DNA of 64,000 nucleotides from Longimicrobiales bacterium (GCA_965248195.1 CBDFIQ010000001.1:672001-736000); one strand, 5' to 3'. Positions 39,087 through 48,529 are shown, counted from the stretch's first letter. Notes: a model not told the origin generated them from the letters alone. Translations and numbers: made by a program.

Positions 39087-39701
39087 ATGCCGCTTGCCAC
39101 AGTCCGACGTGCTTTGCGCCTCGCTCGATACGGCCCCCCCATCGTGGTGGTCTCGGGACTTCCCAGGTCCGGCACGTCGATGATGATGCAGATGCTGGAG
39201 GCGGGCGGCGTGGAGCCCATGACCGACGGCGTCCGTACCGCGGATGAGAGCAACCCGAAAGGTTACTACGAGCTTGAAAGGGTCAAGGATCTTGAGGAGG
39301 GCGTCGATGAGCTTTGGCTGCGGGAGGCACGCGGGCGGGCGGTCAAGATCATCGCCTTCCTCATGCGACATCTTCCGGAGACCTTCAACTACAAGGTCAT
39401 CTTGATGCATCGCAGGCTGGACGAGGTTCTGGCCTCCCAGACCAAGATGCTCGCCAGCCTGGGTGAGACGACCGAAACCGAAGACCCGCGCATGAGGAAG
39501 CTCTTCGCGGATTCGCTCGCGCGCACGAAAAGCTTGCTCGCGTACAGACCTTGCTTCGAGGTGCATCACGTGAATTACCACGCCGTTATCGAGGATGGAC
39601 GAAAGCACGCCGATGAGCTGAATCGCTTCCTCGGCGGGCGGTTGGACAGGGAGGCCATGGCCGCCGTCGTGAACCCGGAGCTGTATCGCAACCGCGGCTG
39701 A
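39087..39701 (+). CDS. sulfotransferase family protein
   Basis: PAPS-binding loop SGLPRSGTSMMM, NPKGYYE, R...S motif (HRRLDEVLASQ), LYRNR. Confidence 0.85.
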   Translation: MPLATVRRALRLARYGPPIVVVSGLPRSGTSMMMQMLEAGGVEPMTDGVRTADESNPKGYYELERVKDLEEGVDELWLREARGRAVKIIAFLMRHLPETFNYKVILMHRRLDEVLASQTKMLASLGETTETEDPRMRKLFADSLARTKSLLAYRPCFEVHHVNYHAVIEDGRKHADELNRFLGGRLDREAMAAVVNPELYRNRG

Positions 39702-39713
39702 TCCTTGCCCACA

Positions 39714-42137
39714 CTAGTTGATGTAGCCGAGGCTCCGAAGCCGCGCGATCTCCTCGGGGCTCATGTCCTGGATCGCCTCCGTGTCGGGCGGTGGACGCAG
39801 CGACACGGCCCACTCCCGCCACGTCGACAGCTCGGTCGCCAGATTCGCCACGATGTCCGGGTGATCCCCAGCCACGTCGTCGAGATTGAGTGGATCCTTC
39901 ACGTGATCGTACAGCTCGAATTCGGGCCAATCCTCGGCCTGATTCTCGTTCTGGACCAGCTTCCACCCGTCCAGAACGATGGAGTACGAATCGTGCGGCT
40001 GTCCCAGGTCGTCGATGCCCGGAGCCGCGACTCGCTCGCTGAACGCGGCGCGTTGAATCGCGCCAAAGTCGGACACGCCATCAGGGTCGACGATCAACGG
40101 TAGCAGGCTCTGACCCTGCGCCTGCTCGGGAGGCGTGATGCCCGCCAACTCGAGCACCGTGGGCATCATGTCCACTGACTCCGTCGTCTGCTCGACGACT
40201 GTCCCACCGGGTAGTACGCCGGGCCAATGCATGATCAACGGCACGTTCATCATCTCGCCGTACGCGCTATTCCCGTGAAAATGATAGCCATGCTCCAGGA
40301 ACTCCTCACCGTGGTCGGAAATTAGAACGAAGAGCGTCTCGTCCGCGATTCCGAGTTGCTCCAACCCCTCCATCAGTCTGGCGATCTCGACGTCCATGGC
40401 GCGTATGGATCCATCGTACCAGTCGTTCTCGTGCTGAACGAACAACTCCTGATCGACATCGGTAGCGTCCATCTCCTCTTGAGTTGGGAGGCCGTCCGGG
40501 TTTGAATCTCCTTCCCAGAGATCCATGGCCCGCTCGTGTTCCGCGGTACCCTCGGTCGTGCCCCACAGGGCGCCGTACGGTGCGTACGGCTCGAACGGAC
40601 TGTGGGGGTCGAACACATGGATGAACGCGAAGAAAGGAACGTCGTGGTGGTCGCCCGCAAATTCGAGGAAGCGGTCGACATACGTGCGTGCGGTCTTGGC
40701 CCCGCTATGACCTAGCTCCCCGATCGACGCCCGCTCGTGCAGCACGTCGACACCCTGATGCAGATTGCTCAGCCTCCCGGAAAAAACGACCGAAGAAGTC
40801 TGCCACGTGGCGTAGCCGGCCTCACGGAACACCTCAGACATCGTGGTCACCGAAGACGGCAGACGGTCGGGTATGTCAATGATTCCGTGCGTGCTCGGAT
40901 ACAAGGACGTCAGGATCGACGGTACCGATACCTTCGTCCACGAAGCTTGCGAGATGTTATCGGCGAAGAGGACGCCCTCATTCGTCAGCGTGGGAGCCGT
41001 GCTTCGCTCGTATCCGTAGACCTCCAAGTGATCGCGACGCATCGTGTCGCTGATGAAGAGTACGACGGCTCGCGGACGCTCGCTTCCGCCGTCCAACAGA
41101 GCGGATCGGTCCTCCGTAACATCGTTGTTGTCCGGCATGGCTCCGCTGTTGCGAACGACCGGCGACCCCCAGTACCCGAGCATCCCAGGGTTGTCGGCAT
41201 CCAGCCCGAGCGACAGCGTCACGCTCTGGCCCGCGTATTCGGACAGCTCCAAGCGGGATGTGGACCACCGCTGCGGAGTCGTCACCGTGCGCTTCAGCAA
41301 TGACGTCTCGGTCCCGGCGGCCGTCACGGTCACCTCGAAGGTGATCGGACCGTCCTCGATCGTACCGTACGCCAGGTCGAGCCACGGCCGCGCCGGAAGA
41401 TCCAGGTCGACCACGATGCGCTCCGGCGCGCGACTGACAATCGTCTCGCGGTAGATCTCGGACAGCCCATGCCACCCCGGCCCCGAGGGAATCGCGGCCA
41501 GGTGCTCCTTGAGCGGAATGATGCGGACAGACTCGATCTCGAACTCGGCGCCCTCCGCGTCGCTCGGCTCGAGCAGAAGGTTCCTTACCGCGCTGATCCG
41601 GATCGTGGCGCCGACCTCCCGGAGGGTGTACGTGAGGAAGTCGTCTCCAGGAGTGAGCTCGGCTCTGAGCTGAGGCCGCGCCTGATCGGTGAGCTGCTCG
41701 AGCCTGCTCTCCACCCAGTCGTCGTCCCGCTCCTGGGCTCCGTTGAAGGTGACTCCCAACTCCGCTCCCTCCGAAACCCGCATTCGGACCTCGATGGCGT
41801 ACAGCAGATCGTCTTCGTCAAGCTCGTCGGGGCGAATCCCGAGTAGCACGGGAAGGGCCCCGGTGTTGCCTACGAGCATCCCGTCCCGAACGCTCAGGCC
41901 ACTGATGTCGTTGAACACGGTCCAGCCGAACGTGTCCCCTCCTTCCTCCGGCGCCGGGATTGTCCCCTCTCCGTCGAAGCGCCACTCCGTGCGCTCGGGC
42001 TCGGCAGCCGGGGGACTCCCTTGGACCATCGCGCTCTCGAAGTCGTCGATGAGCCGAATCCAGACCGTTTCCGGTTCACCTCCGCAGGCGGCAGCGAGGG
42101 GCGTGAGAGCGAGGAGGAGAAGCAGGATCTTGCGCAT
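39714..42137 (-). CDS. sulfatase-like lipoprotein (AlkP superfamily, Thr at the nucleophile position)
   Basis: Lipobox LAAAC from ATG 42137; DTMRRDHL, SWTKVSVPSILTSLYP, FDPHSPF, SDHGEEF, VPLI, ELYD, C-terminal RLRSLGYI. Confidence 0.85.
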   Translation of the reverse strand: MRKILLLLLALTPLAAACGGEPETVWIRLIDDFESAMVQGSPPAAEPERTEWRFDGEGTIPAPEEGGDTFGWTVFNDISGLSVRDGMLVGNTGALPVLLGIRPDELDEDDLLYAIEVRMRVSEGAELGVTFNGAQERDDDWVESRLEQLTDQARPQLRAELTPGDDFLTYTLREVGATIRISAVRNLLLEPSDAEGAEFEIESVRIIPLKEHLAAIPSGPGWHGLSEIYRETIVSRAPERIVVDLDLPARPWLDLAYGTIEDGPITFEVTVTAAGTETSLLKRTVTTPQRWSTSRLELSEYAGQSVTLSLGLDADNPGMLGYWGSPVVRNSGAMPDNNDVTEDRSALLDGGSERPRAVVLFISDTMRRDHLEVYGYERSTAPTLTNEGVLFADNISQASWTKVSVPSILTSLYPSTHGIIDIPDRLPSSVTTMSEVFREAGYATWQTSSVVFSGRLSNLHQGVDVLHERASIGELGHSGAKTARTYVDRFLEFAGDHHDVPFFAFIHVFDPHSPFEPYAPYGALWGTTEGTAEHERAMDLWEGDSNPDGLPTQEEMDATDVDQELFVQHENDWYDGSIRAMDVEIARLMEGLEQLGIADETLFVLISDHGEEFLEHGYHFHGNSAYGEMMNVPLIMHWPGVLPGGTVVEQTTESVDMMPTVLELAGITPPEQAQGQSLLPLIVDPDGVSDFGAIQRAAFSERVAAPGIDDLGQPHDSYSIVLDGWKLVQNENQAEDWPEFELYDHVKDPLNLDDVAGDHPDIVANLATELSTWREWAVSLRPPPDTEAIQDMSPEEIARLRSLGYIN

Positions 42138-42501
42138 GGAGATCTCCGGTGTGCAACGCTTTGGGGAAGGATCAATTTTCCGGTTTGGTGCGGAGACCAA
42201 AGTAGATGCTCGGTGCTCCGGATGCGACAGCGATCCCGAGCGGATCAGTGTCATGAGCCTCATCGCGTTAATTCCACCGGGGTTGCCGGGCGCCCGTGTC
42301 CCCCTGCTGGGCGTCGTCGCCTTTGGCGTGATGGCGGACGCCTGCTATCTGCTGGGGCCTGCCGTCGAGATCGCTCTTGAGAAGCTTGCCCCCCCGATCA
42401 CTCTCGAACACGTTACGGTTCCCTCATCCCGCTTCTGCGGAGAGGGTGAACTACGTCCGCCACCGGCCGGAGACGGTCGCGAACGGTTTTTCCGACCTCA
42501 T

Positions 42502-42738
42502 ATGCCCGAAAGTATTATAGAGGGTCTCCGGATCCATATCGACCGCGACCTCTGTGTCAGCTTCGGGGACTGCATCGAAGCAGCTCCAGGCGTCTTCGAG
42601 TTCGACGACGAGGAAATCGCGGTCTTCGTGAGTGACGCGGGACCGATCAGTCGGGAAGGATTGATCGAGGCCTGCGCTTCTTGTCCCGTAGACGCACTGA
42701 CGGCATTCGACGAAGAGGGAGAGCCACTCGCTCCGTAG
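42502..42738 (+). CDS. single-cluster ferredoxin ([3Fe-4S]/[4Fe-4S])
   Basis: IDRDLCVSFGDCIEAAPGVF...CPVDAL; C-terminal 78 aa of the 349-aa track ORF, starting at ATG 42502. Confidence 0.85.
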   Translation: MPESIIEGLRIHIDRDLCVSFGDCIEAAPGVFEFDDEEIAVFVSDAGPISREGLIEACASCPVDALTAFDEEGEPLAP

Positions 42739-42784
42739 GAGCGTCGCCCGAGAGGGACCCGCTCCCGGGGCCCCTTGGAAAACC

Positions 42785-43720
42785 ATGAATCCCATGCGAA
42801 AGATTCGAACCTACCAGGACGTCACCCACGACACCGGCTCGGGCCTGCTCGAGCAGGTTGTGGACCAGCAACACCGCCTCGCCGACCGCCTCGCTCAGGT
42901 TCGGTCGGTCGTGGCCGTCGCCAGCGGTAAGGGGGGCGTAGGAAAGAGCGCCATCACGGCCAACCTGGCCGCTGCTCTCGCGGCCAGAGGGCTCGCCGTC
43001 GGCGCCGTCGACGCGGACCTCAATGGGCCGTCGCTAGCCCGCATGTTAGGCGTGTCCGGAGCCCGCTTGGCCGATCGGCCAAGCGGAGTGGAGCCGGCAC
43101 AAAGCCCGTCCGGCGTACGGGTCATGTCCATGGAGCTGCTCCAGCAGGAAGAGGATGCTCCCCTTCGCTGGAGAGAGCCCGAAATGGGAGGGTTCATCTG
43201 GCAAAGCACGCTCGAAACGGGGGTCCTCCGGGAGTTTCTGGGGGACGTCGAGTGGGGAGAACTGGACGTGCTCCTGGTCGACGTTCCGCCTGGGACGGAC
43301 AAGATTGGACGGCTCTTGGAGCTGGTCCCAGACGTCGATCAGATGCTCCTCGTAACCACCCCCTCCGAGACGTCTCGGTTCGTCGTTTCCAAGTCCGTTC
43401 GCATGGCTCGTGAGGCCGCGGTGGGGAAGGTCGCGCTGGTTGCGAACATGGCCGGCCATACTTGCCCGGAGTGCGGCCATGTGTCCGAACTCTTTACGGG
43501 TGACGGGGCCAACCGCCTCGAAGAGGAATCCGGCGTACCGCTTTGGGCGGAGATCCCCTTCGATCCACGGCTCGGTGCGGCCACGGACTCGGGCACCCCG
43601 CTCGTGATCACGGACCCCGATGCCCACTCGAGCAGGTCGATTCTGGCATTGGCCGACCGGGTCGAAGAGCATTTCGAGATCCGGGGTGACGGGGCGGTCG
43701 AGGTCGAGGAGGCGGGCTAA
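42785..43720 (+). CDS. Mrp/NBP35 (ApbC) Fe-S cluster carrier ATPase
   Basis: VASGKGGVGKS, DADLNGPS, WGELD, DVPPGT, VTTP, NM...CPECG, IPFDP. Confidence 0.9.
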   Translation: MNPMRKIRTYQDVTHDTGSGLLEQVVDQQHRLADRLAQVRSVVAVASGKGGVGKSAITANLAAALAARGLAVGAVDADLNGPSLARMLGVSGARLADRPSGVEPAQSPSGVRVMSMELLQQEEDAPLRWREPEMGGFIWQSTLETGVLREFLGDVEWGELDVLLVDVPPGTDKIGRLLELVPDVDQMLLVTTPSETSRFVVSKSVRMAREAAVGKVALVANMAGHTCPECGHVSELFTGDGANRLEEESGVPLWAEIPFDPRLGAATDSGTPLVITDPDAHSSRSILALADRVEEHFEIRGDGAVEVEEAG

Positions 43721-44220
43721 TGAAGTTTCTCTGTTTGGACTGCGACGACGTCATGGAGTTCGCCGAGCGGCAACTTCCTGGAGATGGAACGTTGGCCGCA
43801 GTATTTACATGCGGGTCGTGCGGACGGGAGATGGCGATGCTCACGAACCCGATGGAGACGCAGCTGGTCTCCAGCTTGGGCGTGAAGATCGGCGGACGAG
43901 AAGTCCCTACCCAGCCCATGGAACTGGCCCGGACGTCACTCGAGGGCGGCCGCGACGATGCGTTTGCCTTGTCCGAAGACATTCCCCTCGCTTCGGGCGA
44001 GGAGGCGACTCGAGGTGAGGGCGCGAGCGCCGGCGAGGCCACCGCGGCCCGCGTCGTGTGGACGTCCGAGGCCGCTGGCCGACTCGAGCGTGTGCCCAGC
44101 TTCGTCCGGGGCATGGTGAAGCGCATTTACACCGACTGGGCACGTGAGAAGGGCGTTTCGGAGATCACCCCCGACATCATGGACCGGGCTCGCACGGAGT
44201 TGGGCCTGGAAGGAATGTAG
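43720..44220 (+). CDS. Zn-ribbon (CxxC...CxxC) + PCP_red-like domain protein
   Basis: CLDC...CGSC, then WTSEAAGRLERVPSFVRGMVKR...AREKGVSEIT. Confidence 0.8.
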   Translation: MKFLCLDCDDVMEFAERQLPGDGTLAAVFTCGSCGREMAMLTNPMETQLVSSLGVKIGGREVPTQPMELARTSLEGGRDDAFALSEDIPLASGEEATRGEGASAGEATAARVVWTSEAAGRLERVPSFVRGMVKRIYTDWAREKGVSEITPDIMDRARTELGLEGM

Positions 44221-44222
44221 GC

Positions 44223-45230
44223 TTGTTCGGAGCCACAGAGCTTACCTTCACCTATCCCTCGGGCCGCCGGGGTCTAGGAAAGGTTTCTCTCGGAGGGGAC
44301 CCCGGCGACCGCGTGGTCGTGATGGGCCCAAATGGATCCGGCAAGAGCACCCTGCTTCGCCTCGTATCCACCGAGCTCCCTGCCCGCCCAGGATCGCTCA
44401 CCCTTTTCGGCCAAGCCTGCGACCCCCCTTCGAGAGCCCTCCGCAGAAGGATCGGCATCGTTCAGGATACTCCGGTCCACGCCGACGACCTCACGGGGAT
44501 GGAGAACGGCCTCCTGTTTGCCGAGCTCTACGGTTTGCTTAGGGCCGAGGCGGCGGGTGCCCTGGAGACCCTCTTCACCTCGCTCGGCCTGGACAGGGTG
44601 CTGGACGTCCCCACGAGGGAGTACTCGTACGGGATGAAGAAGAAGCTTCTCATCGCGGAGGCTTTGGTTCACGAACCCGAGATGCTCATCCTGGACGAGC
44701 CCGCGCTCGGCCTGGATCCACCTTCACGGGCAGCGCTCCATCGAATACTCGTGGAGCGCTCGGAGAAGGGTGTGTGCACGCTCGTCGCCACCAACGAACC
44801 CGCACTGGCCCAGGCACTGGCCACCACGGTGGTCCTTCTCCACGAAGGGGAGGTCGTGGCGCACGGCAGCCCCGCCGAGCTTCTGGCCAAGGTCGGCGGC
44901 GCCACGCGAATCGAAGTGCACGTCGCCGGTGCTCCGCTGGGGGTTCCCACGCCGGGCGACCCCACAGCCGCCAGCATGACGCCCGCCGACCTTACAACGA
45001 CCGCCCCTGCCTTTGCGGGGCTCCCAGCGGACATCGTGTCGATTCAACAACTGCCCGGGCGGATCATCGCCGAGAGCAGATCGGGCCCCGATGTCCTCCC
45101 GCAGCTGGTCGGCGCGGTCCTCGGCGCGGGGCTGAAGATCGAGCGGATCACACTACGTGAACCCGATCTCACGGACGTGTTTACACTTTTCACCGGCCAG
45201 GCCATGGGCCCGGAAAAGGAGAACGCGTGA
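44223..45230 (+). CDS. ABC transporter ATP-binding protein (exporter type)
   Basis: GPNGSGKST, YSYGMKKK, ILDEP, C-terminal EPDLTDVF. Confidence 0.9.
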   Translation: MFGATELTFTYPSGRRGLGKVSLGGDPGDRVVVMGPNGSGKSTLLRLVSTELPARPGSLTLFGQACDPPSRALRRRIGIVQDTPVHADDLTGMENGLLFAELYGLLRAEAAGALETLFTSLGLDRVLDVPTREYSYGMKKKLLIAEALVHEPEMLILDEPALGLDPPSRAALHRILVERSEKGVCTLVATNEPALAQALATTVVLLHEGEVVAHGSPAELLAKVGGATRIEVHVAGAPLGVPTPGDPTAASMTPADLTTTAPAFAGLPADIVSIQQLPGRIIAESRSGPDVLPQLVGAVLGAGLKIERITLREPDLTDVFTLFTGQAMGPEKENA

Positions 45231-45940
45231 CCGTCGCGGTGTTGAGGACGGAGTGGCTCACTGCCCTTCGGCGCCGGCGCCTCCTTCTGTTCAATATCCT
45301 GATTCCCCTCACGTTCGTGGCCACCATCGCGCTCAGCCCGGCGCCAGCCGTGCACGCCGCGGCCGTCTTCACCGTGCTCTTCGTGCTCTTCGGCACGTTC
45401 GGCTCGAGCATACCTCTGATCCGCGACGGTGAATCGGGGCTTCTCCGGCGTTACGTGCTGACGGGAGTCCACCCCGGTGGTCTCCTTCTTCAGCGCATAT
45501 TCGCCGCCGCCGCGCTCGACCTGGTCGAGCTGGCGCCGTCGGTGTTGGTGATCGTCACGGCGAGGGGGAGTTCGGCTTCTCAGTTTGCCATCGTCGTGCC
45601 GGCGATGATACTCGGGCTGCTCGCGGCGAACGCGCTCGGCGCGATCACCGCCGCCCTGGCCAAATCAGTCGCCGAAGGAGCTCTCTTCTCGGCCGTGTCC
45701 GCCCTTCTGCTCCTGCATTGGGCGGGGACGTTCCGTTCTCCCGTTCCTGAAACATGGCAAGCCACGGTGGAGGCGTGGAATCCCTTCCGCCCTCTCCATG
45801 AGAGTTTGCTCGCAGCCGCAGGCGCGGGCGGGCCCGACTTCGACCCGGCGCTGCTCACACCTCCCGTCGGAGCCACGCTCGTGGTGATGCTCCTGATTAC
45901 CGCCGCCGGCCGCTACGCCATAGGGCTCGGCGGCCGATGA
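45227..45940 (+). CDS. ABC-2 type permease
   Basis: About six hydrophobic helices, RDGESGLLRR, NP motif; GTGA overlap with the ATPase gene. Confidence 0.8.
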   Translation: MTVAVLRTEWLTALRRRRLLLFNILIPLTFVATIALSPAPAVHAAAVFTVLFVLFGTFGSSIPLIRDGESGLLRRYVLTGVHPGGLLLQRIFAAAALDLVELAPSVLVIVTARGSSASQFAIVVPAMILGLLAANALGAITAALAKSVAEGALFSAVSALLLLHWAGTFRSPVPETWQATVEAWNPFRPLHESLLAAAGAGGPDFDPALLTPPVGATLVVMLLITAAGRYAIGLGGR

Positions 45941-45973
45941 GATCCGCCGGCCCGGCCGTTTCTCGCCCGTTTA

Positions 45974-46003
45974 TTGACAGCCCCGAGAAGGGTCGGGTAT
46001 ACT
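45974..46003 (+). promoter_or_regulatory. sigma70-type promoter TTGACA-N18-TATACT
   Basis: TTGACA at 45974-45979 and TATACT at 45998-46003, upstream of the USP-to-cox operon. Confidence 0.65.
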
Positions 46004-46378
46004 CACTTCGCGCACCATGCACCATTTGGAACAAGCGCCATTTGATAGGGTGCCGAGGACCGTGCTTTCATTGATCCGAACGCTACGCCTGCGAGCTCGA
46101 AACTCGCCGTCGAGAGCCCTGGTTCAGAGGGGGTCGATCATAGAGATTAGCAGTCTGGTCGTGCTTTGTACGGCTCTCGTTCGCAGGGGGTGACCGGTAA
46201 CCCTTCTGCGCACTGAAATGATGTCAACCGCTGCACGCATCTAGACCGAACCAGATCGTACCCGGATGCCCTTCCGGTTTCGAAGTCGGAGCCCCGCCAC
46301 GCCCGGGGGGGCGGGGGGCGTTTGTGCGATCGGTACGCGAAGGGTGCCAGATAATCAGGGCCTAGGCCCGAGGTGCTT

Positions 46379-48529
46379 ATGTACCGTGAAGTTCTCGTAC
46401 CCGTCGATAACTCCGATAATTCACATTGGGCCGTCGACCGCGCCATCGAACTCTGTAGGCGCTCCGAGGGGCGAATCACCGGCAATCATGTGTACGCGGC
46501 GCGCCTCCACGATGTGCGGTTCCGCCAATTGGAGACAGGACTTCCCGCCCAGTTCCAGACCGCGAAAGAAATCAAGCGGCAGCGGAAGGTTCACGACAAG
46601 CTGATCGAAAAAGGCCTCCAGCTCATCTCGGATTCCTTTCTCGATCAGACCGCCATCAGTTGTGATGCGGCGGGCGTACCGCTGACCCGGCAGCTCCTCG
46701 AGGGCATCAACTATGAGGAGGTGTCTCGGGAGGCCAACCGAGGGGGCGGCCGCCTTCCCAGTTTGATCGGCTTCGATCCGAACATCGCGGACAAGTACGA
46801 CGGCGGTGACAAAGTCCGTAGCGACGTCATCGTGGACGAGGACGGGCGGATCATCGCAGAGGACGAGGAGCAGGATGAGAAGGTCGCGGGGTCGAGTGGT
46901 CGCGACTATGACCTCCTCGCCATCGGTGCTCATGGGATCGGCAAGCAACCCTACTCACAGTTGGGCGGGATGGTCTCGCGGGTCATCCGCCAGGTCGAAA
47001 AGGACACCCTGATCGTCAGGAACGATCGCGCACTGGAAGGCGGTGACTGGATTATCTGTGTCGACGGTTCCTCGTACTCGTACAAGGCCATGCGGCATGC
47101 ATTGGAGATGGCCAAGGAGTTCGGGGCGAAGCTTTATGTGTGCTCGGCCTTCGATGTGGAATACCACCACGCCGTGTTCGGGAATATCAAGGACATTCTC
47201 TCCGTGCAGGCCTCGAAGGTCTTCAAGTTCGAGGAGCAGGAAGAGCTCCATAACAACATCATCGACAAGGGTCTTCTGAAGCTCGCACAGGCCAATCTCA
47301 AGCGCGCCGAGGTGATGGCGCGGGAGTTCCCCGAGGTCCCCGTCGAGACGCAGATCCTCATCGGTAAACCCTTCCAGTGCATCCTTCAGTGGATCGAGGA
47401 GATCGATCCGAGCCTTGTGATCCTCGCACGCCACGGGGGGCACCGGATCGAGGGTACCGACATGGGATCTCAGGCGGACAACCTGTGCCGCCTCTCACCC
47501 ACGAACATCCTGCTCATCGGCACCACCGACGTTCGCCCGGACGACATCCCCTGGATCGAAGAGGACGGTGAGACCGGGCTCGAGTGGGCACCCGATGCCG
47601 AAGTCCGAATTCTTCGGGTCCCGCCGTTCGCGCTCGGGATCGCCCGCAAGGCCGTTGAAGAATACGTACTCGACAACTACGGCCCCGGAGCCAACGGCAC
47701 GTACCGGGAAGAGGCGATCGTGCGGGCGGCCTCGAACGGATCCTCGTCGAACGGACCGTCGGCCGACAGTGATGGGGCGACCCTCTCCGAAGCCGAGTCC
47801 GACACCAACGGAGTGGATACGGGCGCTTCGGTGCCCCCGCTCGGCGCGGGCGGCCTGCCGATGGTCACGGGCGAGCGCCTCGACGAAGCCATCACCAAGC
47901 TGCTTCCGACCCACATGCAGTTGATCATGGGGATCGGCACTGCCGAGGAGCTCGCCCTCGCCGAAGTGAAGGCAGATGAGGCCATGAAGCGGACGCTGGT
48001 CAGCGGCCTGGATGCCGACCCCCAGCCGGACGTACCCATGATTTCCGCCACCTGCCCCTACAGCGGCCATCCGCTCATGCGTGAACGGACCGCGGACGAC
48101 CCGGTCGAGTGGACCCAGGAGGCCTTCGAGCGACTCAAGCTGGTGCCGTTGATCGCGAGGCCACTTGCCCGCAACACGGTGGAGCGATTCGCCCGTGAGA
48201 ACGAATTCTTTAGAGTCACCACGCCTGTGATGGATGAGAACAAGCAGGCCATGATCGAGGCCGACGAGTTCGACATGGACACCATGTTGGTCATGTTCCG
48301 GGAACTCCAGACCAAGCAGATCAAAGCGACAGCCGAGGGCGTCGACGGTATGACTCCCGAGATGCGCAAGTTCATCGACGAGGCCAAGGCCAGCGGCGTG
48401 ACCCGCTGCCCGATTCGGGACGTGGCCGAGGCCGCCGACGACTGCCCGGTGGACTTCAAGACCGTCTCACCGGAGGACGCAAAGGCCGCGATCAAGCAAT
48501 TCATGGACAAGGAACCCAGCGAAGCGTGA
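46379..48529 (+). CDS. tandem universal stress protein with two PCP_red-like modules
   Basis: YREVLVPVDNS, IGAHG...LGG, CVDGS, ARHG...MGS; W-x3-A...VP modules LEWAPDAEVRILRVPPFA and VEWTQEAFERLKLVPLIAR. Confidence 0.8.
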   Translation: MYREVLVPVDNSDNSHWAVDRAIELCRRSEGRITGNHVYAARLHDVRFRQLETGLPAQFQTAKEIKRQRKVHDKLIEKGLQLISDSFLDQTAISCDAAGVPLTRQLLEGINYEEVSREANRGGGRLPSLIGFDPNIADKYDGGDKVRSDVIVDEDGRIIAEDEEQDEKVAGSSGRDYDLLAIGAHGIGKQPYSQLGGMVSRVIRQVEKDTLIVRNDRALEGGDWIICVDGSSYSYKAMRHALEMAKEFGAKLYVCSAFDVEYHHAVFGNIKDILSVQASKVFKFEEQEELHNNIIDKGLLKLAQANLKRAEVMAREFPEVPVETQILIGKPFQCILQWIEEIDPSLVILARHGGHRIEGTDMGSQADNLCRLSPTNILLIGTTDVRPDDIPWIEEDGETGLEWAPDAEVRILRVPPFALGIARKAVEEYVLDNYGPGANGTYREEAIVRAASNGSSSNGPSADSDGATLSEAESDTNGVDTGASVPPLGAGGLPMVTGERLDEAITKLLPTHMQLIMGIGTAEELALAEVKADEAMKRTLVSGLDADPQPDVPMISATCPYSGHPLMRERTADDPVEWTQEAFERLKLVPLIARPLARNTVERFARENEFFRVTTPVMDENKQAMIEADEFDMDTMLVMFRELQTKQIKATAEGVDGMTPEMRKFIDEAKASGVTRCPIRDVAEAADDCPVDFKTVSPEDAKAAIKQFMDKEPSEA

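Noticed and set aside
38990..39608. N-terminal extension of the 920-aa ORF
   Set aside because: It is the antisense shadow of the sulfotransferase; signal-peptide-like sequence starts only near 38970.
41689..42250. N-terminal part of the 349-aa ferredoxin ORF
   Set aside because: Ser-rich antisense shadow of the sulfatase-like gene.
46004..46378. tmRNA, RNase P, SRP or cobalamin riboswitch
   Set aside because: I could not find the diagnostic motifs of these RNAs.
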